Assembly (NCBI GenBank): GCA_902560705.1
Contig: CACEMW010000001.1
Coordinates: 20,606 to 84,605, forward strand
Length of the DNA stretch: 64,000 bases
Source of the DNA: an uncultured Verrucomicrobiota bacterium
Lineage (GTDB): Bacteria > Verrucomicrobiota > Verrucomicrobiia > Limisphaerales > AAA164-E04
Direction: 5' to 3'
How positions within the stretch are numbered: the stretch's first letter is position 1; every line of letters starts with the position of its first letter. The notes below the pieces were generated by a model. That model saw only the letters and a list, made by a program, of their open reading frames with translations. It did not search any database and was not told the origin of the DNA. The translations under genes and the position numbers were made by a program. Shown here piece by piece: positions 25,828-38,454 of this stretch.

Positions 25828-28800
25828 TCAGCCATTGGCTACCTTAGCCGACATGAAAAGGCTCTTAATATCTTCGAGCAGCAGGTAACCGATGGGCACC
25901 AATATCAAGGAGATCACTGTAGCAAACATCACCCCAAAGGCCAACGAAATGGCCATAGGGATTAGGAATTGTGCTTGAACGCTTTTTTCCAATATCAAGG
26001 GCATCAATCCGACAAAAGTGGTCAGTGAAGTCAGCAGAATAGGGCGAAACCTCGCAACTCCGGCTTTCAACACGGCCTCCCCAAGACTTATCCCCTCTTC
26101 GCGCATTCGATTGATGTAGACCACAAGCACGAGGTTGTCATTCACTACCACCCCGGAGAGGGCTACAATACCGAACATGCTCAGTATGGTCAGATCCATG
26201 CCCATGAGGATATGCCCGAAGACCGCACCAATCAGGCCAAAGGGAATGGCCGACATGACAATCAAGGGTTGCGTGTAGGATCGGAATGGAACGGCCAGCA
26301 GGGCGTAAATAATAACCAAGGCCAATGGGTATCCAGAGGCAATGCCAGCCATGGTTTCCTGTTGCTCACGCCGCTCACCTTGCCAAGAAAAGTTCAGTCC
26401 CGGATATTTAGCTAGCAGAGATGGCAAATCTTCCTCATCAAGTGCCCGTATAATCTCTGTCGTGTTGGCCTGTGTCACATCCACATCTGCCAGAATATTG
26501 ATGGCCCTGCGACGATCCACCCTTTCAATGGATGAAAACCCCGTTCCCCACTGCAGTGTGGCAACCTCCTCCAGAGGCACTTCACGACCATCGGAGGTGC
26601 GGATCATCATGGATTCCAATGCGGATACTCTGGATCGATCGATCTTTGGAAATCTCACCATGACACGCATGTCGTCCCTCCCGCGCTGAATGCGCTGCAC
26701 CTCCTCACCGTAAAAGGCCTGCCTGACTTGGCGTCCGAGCTCTGCCTGACTCAGTCCCAACACTTCGGCCCGGGGCTTAATTTCCAATTGAATTTCACTT
26801 TTGCCAGCCTTGAGGGTGTCACTGATGTCTTTCACGCCGGGATAGCGCGCGAGTATTTCCTGTAATTCGTTGCCCGCCTGCTCCAAAACTGCAAAGTCCC
26901 GCCCTGTGATTTGCAAATTGATCGGCTCTCCAGCAGAAAAAATGGACGCGGTGAATTTGAGGGATTCCACCCCTGGAATTGGTTGGGTGGCATCTCGCCA
27001 GGCACTAGCCAATTGATAACTGCTCGCCCCCACTCGCTCTTCGGATGGTACCAATTCCACGTGCACCTCTCCCAAGTGAGCATTTGAAACATCGGAAACG
27101 AACTTGCCGGCGCCTTCCTGTTGCGTCTTGAAGAAGGGTTGTTGACCAATCGAGGAGAGGGTATGACGGAAGACGCTTGTAGGTGAAGGTCCTGTTGACC
27201 TTGAGGACACGTCTGCTTCTGCTCTCACCCGCTGTGCGCTCGCTTCCAGGGCATGCACCGCACGAAGGGTCTCTTGGGAGGATGTTCCCTCGGGCATCGT
27301 CAAAATGGCAGCGACATTATCTCCTTCCACTGGCGGAAAAAACTGGAATCGTATCCATCCACCTCCCATTAAGCCAAGGGTCAGCAGAAAAATCCCCAAG
27401 CCACAAGATAACGTCACATAACGCCACTCAATGGCCACCTGAAGAAAAGGTCTGTAAGTACGGTGCACGAAAGCCTCCAACCTGGAAGTAAAGGCACCTT
27501 GCAGTTTGCCCCACAAAAAAACCAAGCCGGCGCCGTTTTCATGGGATGATGCAGGTGCCCGGTGACTCAAATGGCATGGAAGAACCAACAAGGATTCCAC
27601 TAGGGAAAACAATAATGTCGGCATCACGACCAGTGGAATGCCCCTCATGATTTTACCGGTATTGCCCGGAACCATCACCAGAGGGAGGAACGCTGCCACG
27701 GTTGTCAGAACAGCAAAAATGACTGGTTTCCCAACTTCCTGCGTCCCCCGAATGGCCGAGAGCAACGAAAAGCCATCTCGCTGCTGATGAGAGTGGATGT
27801 TTTCGCTTACAACAATCGCATCATCGACTACTATTCCCAAAACCAGAATAAAAGCGAAGAGTGAGAGGAGATTGATGCTCACATCCATAATGGGCATCAA
27901 CCACAAGGTTCCCATGAAGGAAACAAAAATACCCACACTGACCCAAGCGGCCAAACCAAATCGAAGGAAGAGCGCTAGGGTAGCAAAAACCAACGCGAGA
28001 CCGAAAAAACCATTTTTAACAAGTAACTCTTGGCGACTCCTAAGGTAAGATGCATCATCCTGCCACGTCGTCATTTGTATGCCAGCAGGAAGCAAGGACT
28101 GTTGGTTCTCTACATATTCCTGCACCTTGGATGAAATGGTCAGAGCGTTCTGATTTCCAACCCGAAACACCTGCACCATGAGGCAGGGTTTTCCATCAAA
28201 AAGACTCTCCTGGTCGGATTCACGGAAACCGTCAATCACACGGCAGACGTCCTTGACCAATACCCGAGTTCCATCATCCCGAACCATCAACAGGATCGAT
28301 TCGAAATCCTCTCCACGATAGGCCTGGTGTATGGACCGAAGCAAAATTTCTCCCCCATTTGTTTTGATGCCTCCTCCGGGAAGATCCACCGACGAGCTGC
28401 GAATGGCCCCTGCCACAGCGTCAAAGGTCAATCCATGTTGCCTTAGCGCAGAAGGAGAGACTTCAATGGAAATTTCATAGGGCCGCGCGTTGGCCAAGCG
28501 CACTTGAGTGATGTCCGGTATCGCCGTCAAGTCATCCCGAACCAACTCAGCGAATTGCCTCAGGGCCATTGCCCGAACCTCACCTGCAATGGCAACATTG
28601 ATGACCTGCTTCTCAACCACGATTTCCTCGATAACCGGCTTTTCCGTGAGTTGTGGAAAGGTGTCAATGGCTTCGACGGCAGACTTGATTTCTTCCAGCG
28701 CTTCTGGAATGTCGGTGCCGGGTAATAATTCAGCCCTTGTCGTTCCAAGCCCCTCTGTGGCAGTGGATAAAATCTTTTTGATGCCCTCGATGCCTTGGAT

Positions 28801-29013
28801 GGCTTCTTCGATCTTGATGCAAACGCCTTGCTCAACTTCGCTGGGTGCTGCACCTCGATACACAACACTGACAGAAATCATGTCAGAGCTAACAGATGGA
28901 AAAACCTCCCGTTTCCCTGACCAGAGCCCCATCAATCCAGCTACGAAAATACCCACGACCAGCAGGTTGGCCGCGACATGGTTTCTTGCAAACCAATCAA
29001 TTACACCATTCAT
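25828..29013 (-). CDS. RND efflux transporter permease (AcrB/HAE family)
   Basis: 1061 aa with the typical N-terminus IDWFARNHVAANLLV, a 12-TM/two-loop layout, and VVDDAIVVSENI. Confidence 0.92.
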   Translation of the reverse strand: MNGVIDWFARNHVAANLLVVGIFVAGLMGLWSGKREVFPSVSSDMISVSVVYRGAAPSEVEQGVCIKIEEAIQGIEGIKKILSTATEGLGTTRAELLPGTDIPEALEEIKSAVEAIDTFPQLTEKPVIEEIVVEKQVINVAIAGEVRAMALRQFAELVRDDLTAIPDITQVRLANARPYEISIEVSPSALRQHGLTFDAVAGAIRSSSVDLPGGGIKTNGGEILLRSIHQAYRGEDFESILLMVRDDGTRVLVKDVCRVIDGFRESDQESLFDGKPCLMVQVFRVGNQNALTISSKVQEYVENQQSLLPAGIQMTTWQDDASYLRSRQELLVKNGFFGLALVFATLALFLRFGLAAWVSVGIFVSFMGTLWLMPIMDVSINLLSLFAFILVLGIVVDDAIVVSENIHSHQQRDGFSLLSAIRGTQEVGKPVIFAVLTTVAAFLPLVMVPGNTGKIMRGIPLVVMPTLLFSLVESLLVLPCHLSHRAPASSHENGAGLVFLWGKLQGAFTSRLEAFVHRTYRPFLQVAIEWRYVTLSCGLGIFLLTLGLMGGGWIRFQFFPPVEGDNVAAILTMPEGTSSQETLRAVHALEASAQRVRAEADVSSRSTGPSPTSVFRHTLSSIGQQPFFKTQQEGAGKFVSDVSNAHLGEVHVELVPSEERVGASSYQLASAWRDATQPIPGVESLKFTASIFSAGEPINLQITGRDFAVLEQAGNELQEILARYPGVKDISDTLKAGKSEIQLEIKPRAEVLGLSQAELGRQVRQAFYGEEVQRIQRGRDDMRVMVRFPKIDRSRVSALESMMIRTSDGREVPLEEVATLQWGTGFSSIERVDRRRAINILADVDVTQANTTEIIRALDEEDLPSLLAKYPGLNFSWQGERREQQETMAGIASGYPLALVIIYALLAVPFRSYTQPLIVMSAIPFGLIGAVFGHILMGMDLTILSMFGIVALSGVVVNDNLVLVVYINRMREEGISLGEAVLKAGVARFRPILLTSLTTFVGLMPLILEKSVQAQFLIPMAISLAFGVMFATVISLILVPIGYLLLEDIKSLFMSAKVANG

Positions 29014-30200
29014 GGGCCAACGGAATTTTCCAGCATCGTAGGAAGGACTTCTGCTCCGTCAAAAGGTATTTCCCGAAACATTGCAACGACCCGCTCCCCG
29101 TCTTCAATACCACCGATCAGAATCACTTGATCGCCCAATATCTGACCGACCTCCACATCCCTCAAGTGAACCTGGTCATTGCTGCCTATCACACCTACTT
29201 TTTTCTCAGGCCCCAGTGCCGAGCGTGGCACGACAATGGACTCAGCCCAGCTTTTTCCACGAATCTCAGCCTCGACATACATGCCAGGCAAAGGCTCAAG
29301 CATTTCTTCGTAGTTTCCCTGATCCTGTCGCGTGTTTCTTGGCAATTCAGCGATTAGGAAAATGACCCCGGTATTGGCTTCAACCGAAGCGCTCAAGCGT
29401 TTTGCGAGCGCATTCCATTGCCAGCGTTTACCCCCAGCTTCGGCGAAAAGGTCCACCTTCACAGCCGAGCTAAGCTTGTCGGCTGTCTTTCCCGCAGGCA
29501 TCGACAAAAAACCCAATTCCCGCATCGTGATAGGGAGAAAAACTTCAAACGTTTCACTTTCATACATCGTCGCCAAGGGTTCTCCCCGACGTACAAATTG
29601 GCCCATACCCATCATTTTTTTCAGAAGCTTACCGGTGAAAGGAGCTCGAATAACCGTTTTTTCCAAATCAAATTCAGCGCTTCTCAGCGACGCTTTTGCC
29701 GCAGCAAGAGACTGCTTCGCCTCATTCATCTGCGGCTCCTTCAGCATCAACGGACTGGGTGTGAGCTCAACCATATCTTTCAACACCTCCCAGTCCCTCA
29801 CTGCAACTTCGCCCTCAGCCTCAATCTGAGCCAACTTCAACTCAGCAGCAGCCAGTTGTCCTTGGGCCTGAACCACGGCGTGTTCGTAATGATTTTTCTC
29901 GATTCTGAGAAGGACATCGCCTTTCTCGAAAACACTACCTACAGCAAATGTTTCGGCCATTTCAACGATCATGCCATCGACCTGACTGGAGAGGGTAATT
30001 TTATTTTTGGATCGGAGGTTGCCCTGACTCGTTATAAGGGCACGCTGCATGCCAGCCTGCGCAAGAACACATTGAACACTTGGGATGAGCTCAGGGCTTT
30101 CAACAGGAAGAATTTCCCGAGGCTTCAGCACCATGACCAGTGTCAGCCCCGCACTGGCAAGAATGACCAAAAGACTGATGATCGCTTGTTTCCACTTCAT
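29010..30200 (-). CDS. RND efflux periplasmic adaptor (membrane fusion protein)
   Basis: Start MKWKQAIISLLVILASAG at ATG 30200. Coiled-coil hairpin (AAAELKLAQIEAEGEVA...AAAKASLRSAEFDLEKTVIRAPFTG). The stop overlaps the permease ATG (ATGA). Confidence 0.85.
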   Translation of the reverse strand: MKWKQAIISLLVILASAGLTLVMVLKPREILPVESPELIPSVQCVLAQAGMQRALITSQGNLRSKNKITLSSQVDGMIVEMAETFAVGSVFEKGDVLLRIEKNHYEHAVVQAQGQLAAAELKLAQIEAEGEVAVRDWEVLKDMVELTPSPLMLKEPQMNEAKQSLAAAKASLRSAEFDLEKTVIRAPFTGKLLKKMMGMGQFVRRGEPLATMYESETFEVFLPITMRELGFLSMPAGKTADKLSSAVKVDLFAEAGGKRWQWNALAKRLSASVEANTGVIFLIAELPRNTRQDQGNYEEMLEPLPGMYVEAEIRGKSWAESIVVPRSALGPEKKVGVIGSNDQVHLRDVEVGQILGDQVILIGGIEDGERVVAMFREIPFDGAEVLPTMLENSVGP

Positions 30201-30207
30201 GGTTTGA

Positions 30208-31677
30208 TCAATTGAGTAAATCTTTCTCCGGAAGGCTTGAAACCGTCTCCAGAATCGGGCCTTCCCACCCGCCTCCAAGAGCCATTAAAAGATCCACTCG
30301 GTTTTGAAAGACCTGCCGTTTCATTTCGTAAGATTGAATTTCCTGAGTCAAACGCTTTTGGCGCGATTGAACGACCTGTTGCAGCCCTGCCAACCCCTTA
30401 GAAAAGTCTTGTTCTGCCTGGTTCTGATCCCGCTTGGCAATCACCAACATTTTGTCTGACTGCCCTAGCTGCTCCCTGAGCAGAACATCTGCCTGCAGGG
30501 CCACTGCCACCTCCTTGAAGGCACTCAAGATGAGGGATTGATACTTGGCAAGTTCCTCTTGTGCTGCCGCTTTTCTCCAAGCGATACGGCCTCGAATCAG
30601 ACCGCGTGAAAACAGTGGCTGCGTGGCGTTGCCTGCGAGCTGCCAGACAGAATAATCAGGCGAAAGGACCTCTTGAAGCTCCGGGGAACTAGTGCCGAGT
30701 GATCCAGTAAGACTGATACGGGGAAAAAGTTCTCTTTCCGTTGCCTGCAGCCGTTGCCTGGAACCTTCAACGTTTGCAGAGGCTGCCAGAAGATCGGGGC
30801 GCCGCTCAAGCAGATTGGATGGCAGCCCTGAAGGAACCCCGCTATCGTAAACTGGCAATACACCCAGCAAAGATTCTGCTCCGGCGGGAAAATCACCCAC
30901 CAGGGCCTGAAGAATTGTTCGGCTGGTCTCCACACGTTTGCGTCGCTGGGTGGCTTCCTGCTGAGCATTGAGCCAATCGAGCGTCGTTGTGTCGAGGCCT
31001 CGTGAGGTTTCCAGTCCGTTGGCATACCGGTCTTTAATCCGCCCGACCACCATCTCAATTTGCAGAGCACGTTCCTCAGACAGGCGCCATTGACGCTCAT
31101 CGATCACGGTATCGGCCCACGCTTTTGCAATTTGAGAGCTCAAGGACAATAAATAAAACTGCCAATCGTATTCAGCGGCCTTCAAACCTGCGCGATCGCT
31201 TGCCCTCACCGCACGCAAACGGCCCCACAAATCAAGCTCCCAGTTGGCAAACAACCCTAAACCATTTGACTGGAACTGAGTGCTGAGCACTTGGTTTTCA
31301 GCCCCCGGAATCGGAAGGCCAATGAAGTTTTGTTTGGTGCCTGCCTGCCTGTATTGCAAATCCACACTTGGCATCAGTGACCAACGCGATTGTTTCCAAA
31401 GGGCAAATGCCTGCTCCAATCTAGCTTGCGCTCCGGTGACATCAGGGTTATTTGCAAGGCCCCGTTGAATCAAATCTACCGCTTCTTCCGGCAGCAAGAG
31501 AAGATCCATGACAGTTTGCTGCGAAGCGGAAACCGATGATGGGTTCCCCAGTCTCCATTTTTCCTCAGGTATGGACAGACCTGGATCAACCACATCCCTT
31601 AGATGCGTGGATCGGCAGGAAGTCCCAATGACCAGGAGAGTCCATAAGAATATCCACTTGGACCAATAAACTTTCAT
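30208..31677 (-). CDS. Efflux outer-membrane factor lipoprotein (NodT/OprM family)
   Basis: Lipobox LVIGTSC and a duplicated OEP-type repeat with a typical RPDL..A motif (ERRPDLLAA). Confidence 0.85.
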   Translation of the reverse strand: MKVYWSKWIFLWTLLVIGTSCRSTHLRDVVDPGLSIPEEKWRLGNPSSVSASQQTVMDLLLLPEEAVDLIQRGLANNPDVTGAQARLEQAFALWKQSRWSLMPSVDLQYRQAGTKQNFIGLPIPGAENQVLSTQFQSNGLGLFANWELDLWGRLRAVRASDRAGLKAAEYDWQFYLLSLSSQIAKAWADTVIDERQWRLSEERALQIEMVVGRIKDRYANGLETSRGLDTTTLDWLNAQQEATQRRKRVETSRTILQALVGDFPAGAESLLGVLPVYDSGVPSGLPSNLLERRPDLLAASANVEGSRQRLQATERELFPRISLTGSLGTSSPELQEVLSPDYSVWQLAGNATQPLFSRGLIRGRIAWRKAAAQEELAKYQSLILSAFKEVAVALQADVLLREQLGQSDKMLVIAKRDQNQAEQDFSKGLAGLQQVVQSRQKRLTQEIQSYEMKRQVFQNRVDLLMALGGGWEGPILETVSSLPEKDLLN

Positions 31678-31718
31678 CTTCTGGAGATGTGGTTTGTTCG
31701 AAGCAATGCCATGACTGC

Positions 31719-31746
31719 CTTAAGTTGCGCATCAACATCCCCGCAC
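31719..31746 (+). promoter_or_regulatory. Weak sigma-32-like promoter candidate (CTTAAGT-N13-CCCCGCAC)
   Basis: It resembles CTTGAAA-N13-15-CCCCATNT and lies about 220 nt upstream of the dnaK ATG. This is a pattern match only. Confidence 0.2.
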
Positions 31747-31966
31747 TGGAACCCGAATTCAAGTATCAATACCCAAATTTAAAAAATGCTCAAAAATGGC
31801 TCATATGTGCCAGATGGGTTGAGTCACTTTGACGCATCTAGGTTACGTTATTTTTAGTCGTATGGATTAAATATAGCTCTATGTTGCACGCAACGTGGGA
31901 TTAATGCATTTTCAGTAACATGGTACTTAATATGCTCATTGGGTCTCAAATTTAAGAAAGAAAAAC

Positions 31967-33913
31967 ATGTCCAAAGTTTTAGGAATCGATTTAGGCACCA
32001 CCAATTCATGCATGTGTGTCATGGACGGTGGAGACCCTCTGGTCTTGGAAAACTCTGAAGGTAAGCGCACGACTCCGTCCGTTGTGGCTTTTAGTAAGTC
32101 AGGTGAACGCTTGGTTGGAGATGCCGCCAAGCGCCAGGCTGTGACCAACCCCAAGAATACGGTTTATTCGGTTAAACGATTCATGGGGCGTAAATTTGAT
32201 GAAGTTGGCGAGGAGCTCAAGCGTGTCCCCTACACAGTAGCCAAGGCGGCCAATGGGGACGTTGCCGTCGAAGTCGAAATCAACGGAGAAACCAAGCAAT
32301 TTAGCCCACCTGAGATTTCGGCCATGATTCTGTCGAAGCTCAAGGCCGACGCCGAGAACCGACTGGGAGAAACGATTACCCAAGCCGTCATTACGGTGCC
32401 CGCCTATTTTAATGACACTCAACGCCAGGCTACCAAGGATGCCGGAAAAATAGCAGGGTTGGAAGTACTTCGTATCATTAATGAGCCGACCGCTGCCTCG
32501 CTTGCTTATGGTCTCGACAAGAAGAGCGATGAAAAAATTGCTGTCTACGATTTGGGCGGAGGCACATTCGATATATCGGTGTTGGAAATTGGTGATGGTG
32601 TTTTTGAGGTCAAGGCGACCAATGGCGACACTCACCTGGGTGGGGATGATTGGGACAATGCTTTAATGGACTGGATTCTAGACACGTTCAAAACCGATTC
32701 AGGCGTGGACCTGCGTGGCCAATCCGACGCGCTTCAGCGGATCAAGGAAGAGGCCGAGAAAGCGAAAATAGCCCTCTCCAGTTCTCAGGAATATGAGATC
32801 AATCTCCCCTTTATTACAGCCGATGCGACGGGACCAAAACACATCAGCCTCAAACTGACTCGATCCAAACTGGAACAGCTGTGTGACAACCTTTTTAAGC
32901 GAACCATTCAACCCACCAAAGCCTGTCTGGAAGACGCCGAACTCGACCTGAACGAAATCAACGAATTGGTTCTTGTGGGTGGCATGACACGGATGCCAAA
33001 GGTGGTTGAAACCGCCCATAGTCTGGTGAGCAAAAAACCCAACCAGGGTGTCAATCCGGACGAAGTGGTTGCCATCGGTGCCGCCATCCAGGGAGGTGTT
33101 TTAAAGGGAGATGTCAAGGATGTTCTCTTGCTGGATGTGACGCCCCTCTCCCTTGGTATCGAAACCCTTGGTGGCGTGTTTACGCGCTTGATTGAACGAA
33201 ACACCACCATTCCAACTCGGAAGTCAGAAATTTTCTCAACTGCTGCAGACAACCAACCAGGGGTCGAAGTGCATGTTCTTCAGGGTGAAAGACAATTTGC
33301 CAAAGACAACAAATCCGTAGGTCGTTTCCAACTGACCGATATCCCCCCAGCACCGAGAGGAACTCCCCAAATCGAGGTTACCTTCGACATTGATGCCAAT
33401 GGGATTCTCAATGTGAGCGCAAAGGATCTGGGGACTGGCAAAGAGCAGAAAATTACCATCACTGCCAACAGTGGTCTCTCAGAGGAAGAGGTTGAGAAAA
33501 TGAAAGCTGATGCTGAAGCCAACGCCGATGAGGATCGCAAGCGTAGAGAGTCGGTTGAAACCCGTAACCAGGCAGACAACGTTCTCTACCAATCTGAGAA
33601 ATTCCTCAAAGAAAACGGCGACAAGGTTCCTGGTGAGCAAAAACAGCAACTGGAGGACGCCACCAAGACGCTGGAAGAAGCCCTTAAGGGATCAGATGCC
33701 GATCAGATTAAATCGGCCTCCGACGTCCTGATGGAAATTTTTCAGAAGATTAGCACCGAACTGTATCAAAACGCCGCTGCAGCCCAGGGTGCTCAAGCCG
33801 AAGACGCTCCAACGGGTGGCTCACAAGATGCCTCCCCCAAAGGAGAAGAGGGTCAGGAAAAAGATGAAGGGCCCATCATTGACGCAGAAGTCGTCGAAGA
33901 GAAGAAGGACTGA
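31967..33913 (+). CDS. dnaK: Molecular chaperone DnaK (Hsp70)
   Basis: [17 protein letters not shown] and the remaining canonical sequence throughout. Confidence 0.97.
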   Translation: MSKVLGIDLGTTNSCMCVMDGGDPLVLENSEGKRTTPSVVAFSKSGERLVGDAAKRQAVTNPKNTVYSVKRFMGRKFDEVGEELKRVPYTVAKAANGDVAVEVEINGETKQFSPPEISAMILSKLKADAENRLGETITQAVITVPAYFNDTQRQATKDAGKIAGLEVLRIINEPTAASLAYGLDKKSDEKIAVYDLGGGTFDISVLEIGDGVFEVKATNGDTHLGGDDWDNALMDWILDTFKTDSGVDLRGQSDALQRIKEEAEKAKIALSSSQEYEINLPFITADATGPKHISLKLTRSKLEQLCDNLFKRTIQPTKACLEDAELDLNEINELVLVGGMTRMPKVVETAHSLVSKKPNQGVNPDEVVAIGAAIQGGVLKGDVKDVLLLDVTPLSLGIETLGGVFTRLIERNTTIPTRKSEIFSTAADNQPGVEVHVLQGERQFAKDNKSVGRFQLTDIPPAPRGTPQIEVTFDIDANGILNVSAKDLGTGKEQKITITANSGLSEEEVEKMKADAEANADEDRKRRESVETRNQADNVLYQSEKFLKENGDKVPGEQKQQLEDATKTLEEALKGSDADQIKSASDVLMEIFQKISTELYQNAAAAQGAQAEDAPTGGSQDASPKGEEGQEKDEGPIIDAEVVEEKKD

Positions 33914-33987
33914 AACGTTTTTTAAAATGACGTGGAGCGGGTGCTCGACGTCTGAATTCAAACCAACAAAAACAACAGCATAATTAT

Positions 33988-34281
33988 ATGGCACTAAAAG
34001 TAAAACCCCTCGGCGACCGCGTATTGGTGGAAGCCGTGGAAGAGCATGAAGTGAAACAGGGTGGAATTATCATCCCTGACTCAGCAAAGGAAAAACCCTC
34101 GGAAGCCAAAGTGGTTGCCCTGGGTACCGGCAAAAGCGATGAGGATGGCAAGAAGGTAGCCTTCGAAGTGAAGGTTGGCGATGTGGTCCTAGTCAGCAAG
34201 TATGGTGGAACCGAAATCAAAGTCGACGGCAAGGAATACAAAATTCTCAATGCGGACGATATTTTGGCCATCTTGGCCTAA
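33988..34281 (+). CDS. groES: Co-chaperonin GroES
   Basis: [10 protein letters not shown]...[13 protein letters not shown]. 97 aa. Confidence 0.95.
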   Translation: MALKVKPLGDRVLVEAVEEHEVKQGGIIIPDSAKEKPSEAKVVALGTGKSDEDGKKVAFEVKVGDVVLVSKYGGTEIKVDGKEYKILNADDILAILA

Positions 34282-34315
34282 GGCATCGAGTTCCAAAGAT
34301 TGTCCAAAATTTTAA

Positions 34316-35971
<1,656 letters not shown>

Positions 35972-35994
35972 GTCCTTCTACCCATCGAATCACG

Positions 35995-36030
35995 GAGGTC
36001 GGCTCGGTTCTCGAGTCGACCTCTTTTTTT
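35995..36030 (+). terminator. Rho-independent terminator after groEL
   Basis: GAGGTCG (35995..36001) pairs with CGACCTC (36017..36023) and is followed by T7 (36024..36030). Confidence 0.65.
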
Positions 36031-38347
36031 ACAGGTTTGAGCCGTCTGATTTCAAAGAGGCCCTCGATTGTCTCCAGCGGGCGCTCAATCTGAGGGCATT
36101 GCCCACCACCAGCAGGTCCGACATGCCCATGGCCAAAGCACATACCAAAGGATGCAAAAAACCCATCATCGCCACGGGGACCGCAATGGCATTATAAAAA
36201 AAAGCCCAGAAGAGGTTTTGATGAATGGTCCGCAGGGTGGCGCTGGACAACTGCATGGCTTCTGGAATCGAGGTGATATCTGCTCTCACCAGTGTCATGT
36301 CCGAGGCGGCTCGGGCCAGGTCACTTGCCTGACTTACCGAAATACCCAAATCGGCTTTTTGGAGAACCGGCGCATCGTTCATCCCATCTCCCACAAAAGC
36401 GACCGACAGACCCTTGGCTTGCAGTGCCTGGATGGCATGCAGCTTATCTGCAGGGCTGAGGCAGGCCTTGACCTGTTCAAGTTTCAGACCCAGTTCGCTG
36501 GCCACATGGTGGATGGCCCTTTCGCCATCACCACTCATTAATTCGACCTGATATCCATGAGAAATAAGCCATTGGATAACCTCAAGGGCTTGAGGTTTGA
36601 GCACGTCCTGAAGAGCGATTAACATTCGTAGTTCCGAGCCCTGACTGAAACCGACAAGAGATGCTCCCCGCCACTCCCAGTGTTCCATGAAAGCCCGAGC
36701 AGCATCGGAGAATTCTATCGACATGGTTTCAAGCCAGCGCAAGGATCCCAAGCGGTAGATCTCCGTGGCCTGAGGAGTGGGGTTCCTTGCTGCTTCAAGG
36801 CCAACCCCTGCAATCTCCTTGAGGTAGGATAATTTTGGAGCACCTGTTTCCGGAGAAGGTATACTGGCAACCAGGGCCTGACTCAGTGGATGCCGACTCC
36901 CTACCGCCATTGCATACAAGACGGACTTAAGGCGCTGATTGTCTGTGTCAGAGGGTTTACTAGAGACGGTGAACTGGTCCAACACCTGAGGTTTGCCTTG
37001 GGTCAAGGTTCCTGTCTTATCAAAGACTACTGTATCCAAGGCTCCGACCTTTTCCAAAGCCATGCCTCCTTGAATGAGTATACCTCGGGAAGCAGCAGCG
37101 CGTACGCCTGCCATGATGGCCACGGGTGTGGCTAATCCCATGGCGCAAGGGCAGGCCACCATCAGAACCGATACGGCATGCACCATAGCGGCGGTGAGTG
37201 GTGATTCAAACAACAGGGGAGGCCAGAGGAAAGGTTCAATACCACGGACGAAGGTGAGCATTTTTCCTGGTGCCCAAGACCATGCAACAAAGGTCAAGAT
37301 CGCCAGAAACACCACCACAGGTACAAAGACCGCCGTAATTTGATCCACCAGTCGCTGGATCCCGGCTCGATAGCCTTCCGCTCGCTGAATCAATCGCACA
37401 ATATCGGCCAATGCAGTGCCTTGGCCGGTTGCACTGGCGCGAATGATCAATCTGCCACCCTGGTTGTGTGTTCCCGCATAAACTGGATCCCCAGAGGTTT
37501 TGAAAACTAGACGAGATTCCCCTGTCAGCATTGACTCATCAGCCTGGCTTTCTCCCTCCAATACCCTGCCATCGACCGGGCAGATATCACCAGGACGCAA
37601 CAGGAGTCGGTCCCCTATTTCCACCTGGCCCGTTGGAATTTGAGAACCTGAATTTTCGGAATTCAACCGACAGGCCTCATTGGGAAGCCATTGATGCAGG
37701 CGCTCCCAGCCTTTGGTCAGCCGATGTTGCATCCTCTCTTCGAGCCAATGACCAAGGCTGATGATAGCCAGGACGCCCACCGTTTCCATGAAGTAAAGAT
37801 GAGGCAGCTGATCGGTGATTAGTCCCCAGAGACTCAAACCAAAGGCAGCGCAAGATCCCAGAGAGACCAAGGCATGCATTCCCAGCCTTTTTTGTTTGAG
37901 CTGATTCCATGCACCGAGGAAAAACTGGCTTCCAGTGATCCAAAGCGTCACGCCTGCCATGAAAAAACTCAGCCATCGATAATGGGATGTGTTCCCCCAT
38001 CGAAAGCCCCACTCCATCAACACCATCGTCAAGAATACAGGCCCCGAAAGACAGACATGCCGAAACCAAAAGCTTTGTTTAAAAAGCCCAAGCCTTGCGT
38101 CTTCTTCAGAAAGCTGACTTCCGAGCACAACCGCTGTGAAACCAGCCGTCTCGAAGACGTGCAGACAAGCCTGTTTTTCGGGAAGATTAGCTGAAGAGCC
38201 ATGAATCCTTACCTCACGCTGCTCGAGAAGGGTTTCCACATACCCCACTCCATCCACGCGCTCAAAGGCCTCCTGAACCTGGCGCGCACAATTGGCACAG
38301 TGCATGCCTCGAACTCGGAAACGCAAAAATGGAGCATCCGCATACAT
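36029..38347 (-). CDS. copA: Heavy-metal (Cu+-type, P1B) translocating P-type ATPase
   Basis: N-terminal HMA motif GMHCANCA. TM6 CPC (ACPCAMGLATP), DKTGTLT, SRHPLS and GDGMNDAP. YNAIAVP matches the YN(x)4P motif of Cu+ pumps. Confidence 0.85.
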   Translation of the reverse strand: MYADAPFLRFRVRGMHCANCARQVQEAFERVDGVGYVETLLEQREVRIHGSSANLPEKQACLHVFETAGFTAVVLGSQLSEEDARLGLFKQSFWFRHVCLSGPVFLTMVLMEWGFRWGNTSHYRWLSFFMAGVTLWITGSQFFLGAWNQLKQKRLGMHALVSLGSCAAFGLSLWGLITDQLPHLYFMETVGVLAIISLGHWLEERMQHRLTKGWERLHQWLPNEACRLNSENSGSQIPTGQVEIGDRLLLRPGDICPVDGRVLEGESQADESMLTGESRLVFKTSGDPVYAGTHNQGGRLIIRASATGQGTALADIVRLIQRAEGYRAGIQRLVDQITAVFVPVVVFLAILTFVAWSWAPGKMLTFVRGIEPFLWPPLLFESPLTAAMVHAVSVLMVACPCAMGLATPVAIMAGVRAAASRGILIQGGMALEKVGALDTVVFDKTGTLTQGKPQVLDQFTVSSKPSDTDNQRLKSVLYAMAVGSRHPLSQALVASIPSPETGAPKLSYLKEIAGVGLEAARNPTPQATEIYRLGSLRWLETMSIEFSDAARAFMEHWEWRGASLVGFSQGSELRMLIALQDVLKPQALEVIQWLISHGYQVELMSGDGERAIHHVASELGLKLEQVKACLSPADKLHAIQALQAKGLSVAFVGDGMNDAPVLQKADLGISVSQASDLARAASDMTLVRADITSIPEAMQLSSATLRTIHQNLFWAFFYNAIAVPVAMMGFLHPLVCALAMGMSDLLVVGNALRLSARWRQSRASLKSDGSNL

Positions 38348-38454
38348 AGGCCTTGTTACTTTACCTTGTTCAAAGAGGGGCCATCAAAAGCCATGCCCTG
38401 GGCACTGTCAGAGATCTGAGAGGAACATTCGCCAAATCGATGATGCCATCAAGT

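Noticed and set aside
25825-25830. Convergent genes with zero-nt spacing, noted as possible unusual overlap or regulation. Examples are the LysR stop against the RND permease stop, and 52581/52582 for the BatA-like gene against the esterase.
   Set aside because: These are simple back-to-back stop codons in a compact genome, with no additional structure.
31678-31966. Search for a CIRCE (HrcA) operator or an RNA gene in the AT-rich region upstream of dnaK.
   Set aside because: There is no TTAGCACTC-N9-GAGTGCTAA-like inverted repeat and no tRNA-like or other structured-RNA signature that I could recognise by eye. Only weak promoter-like matches were found.
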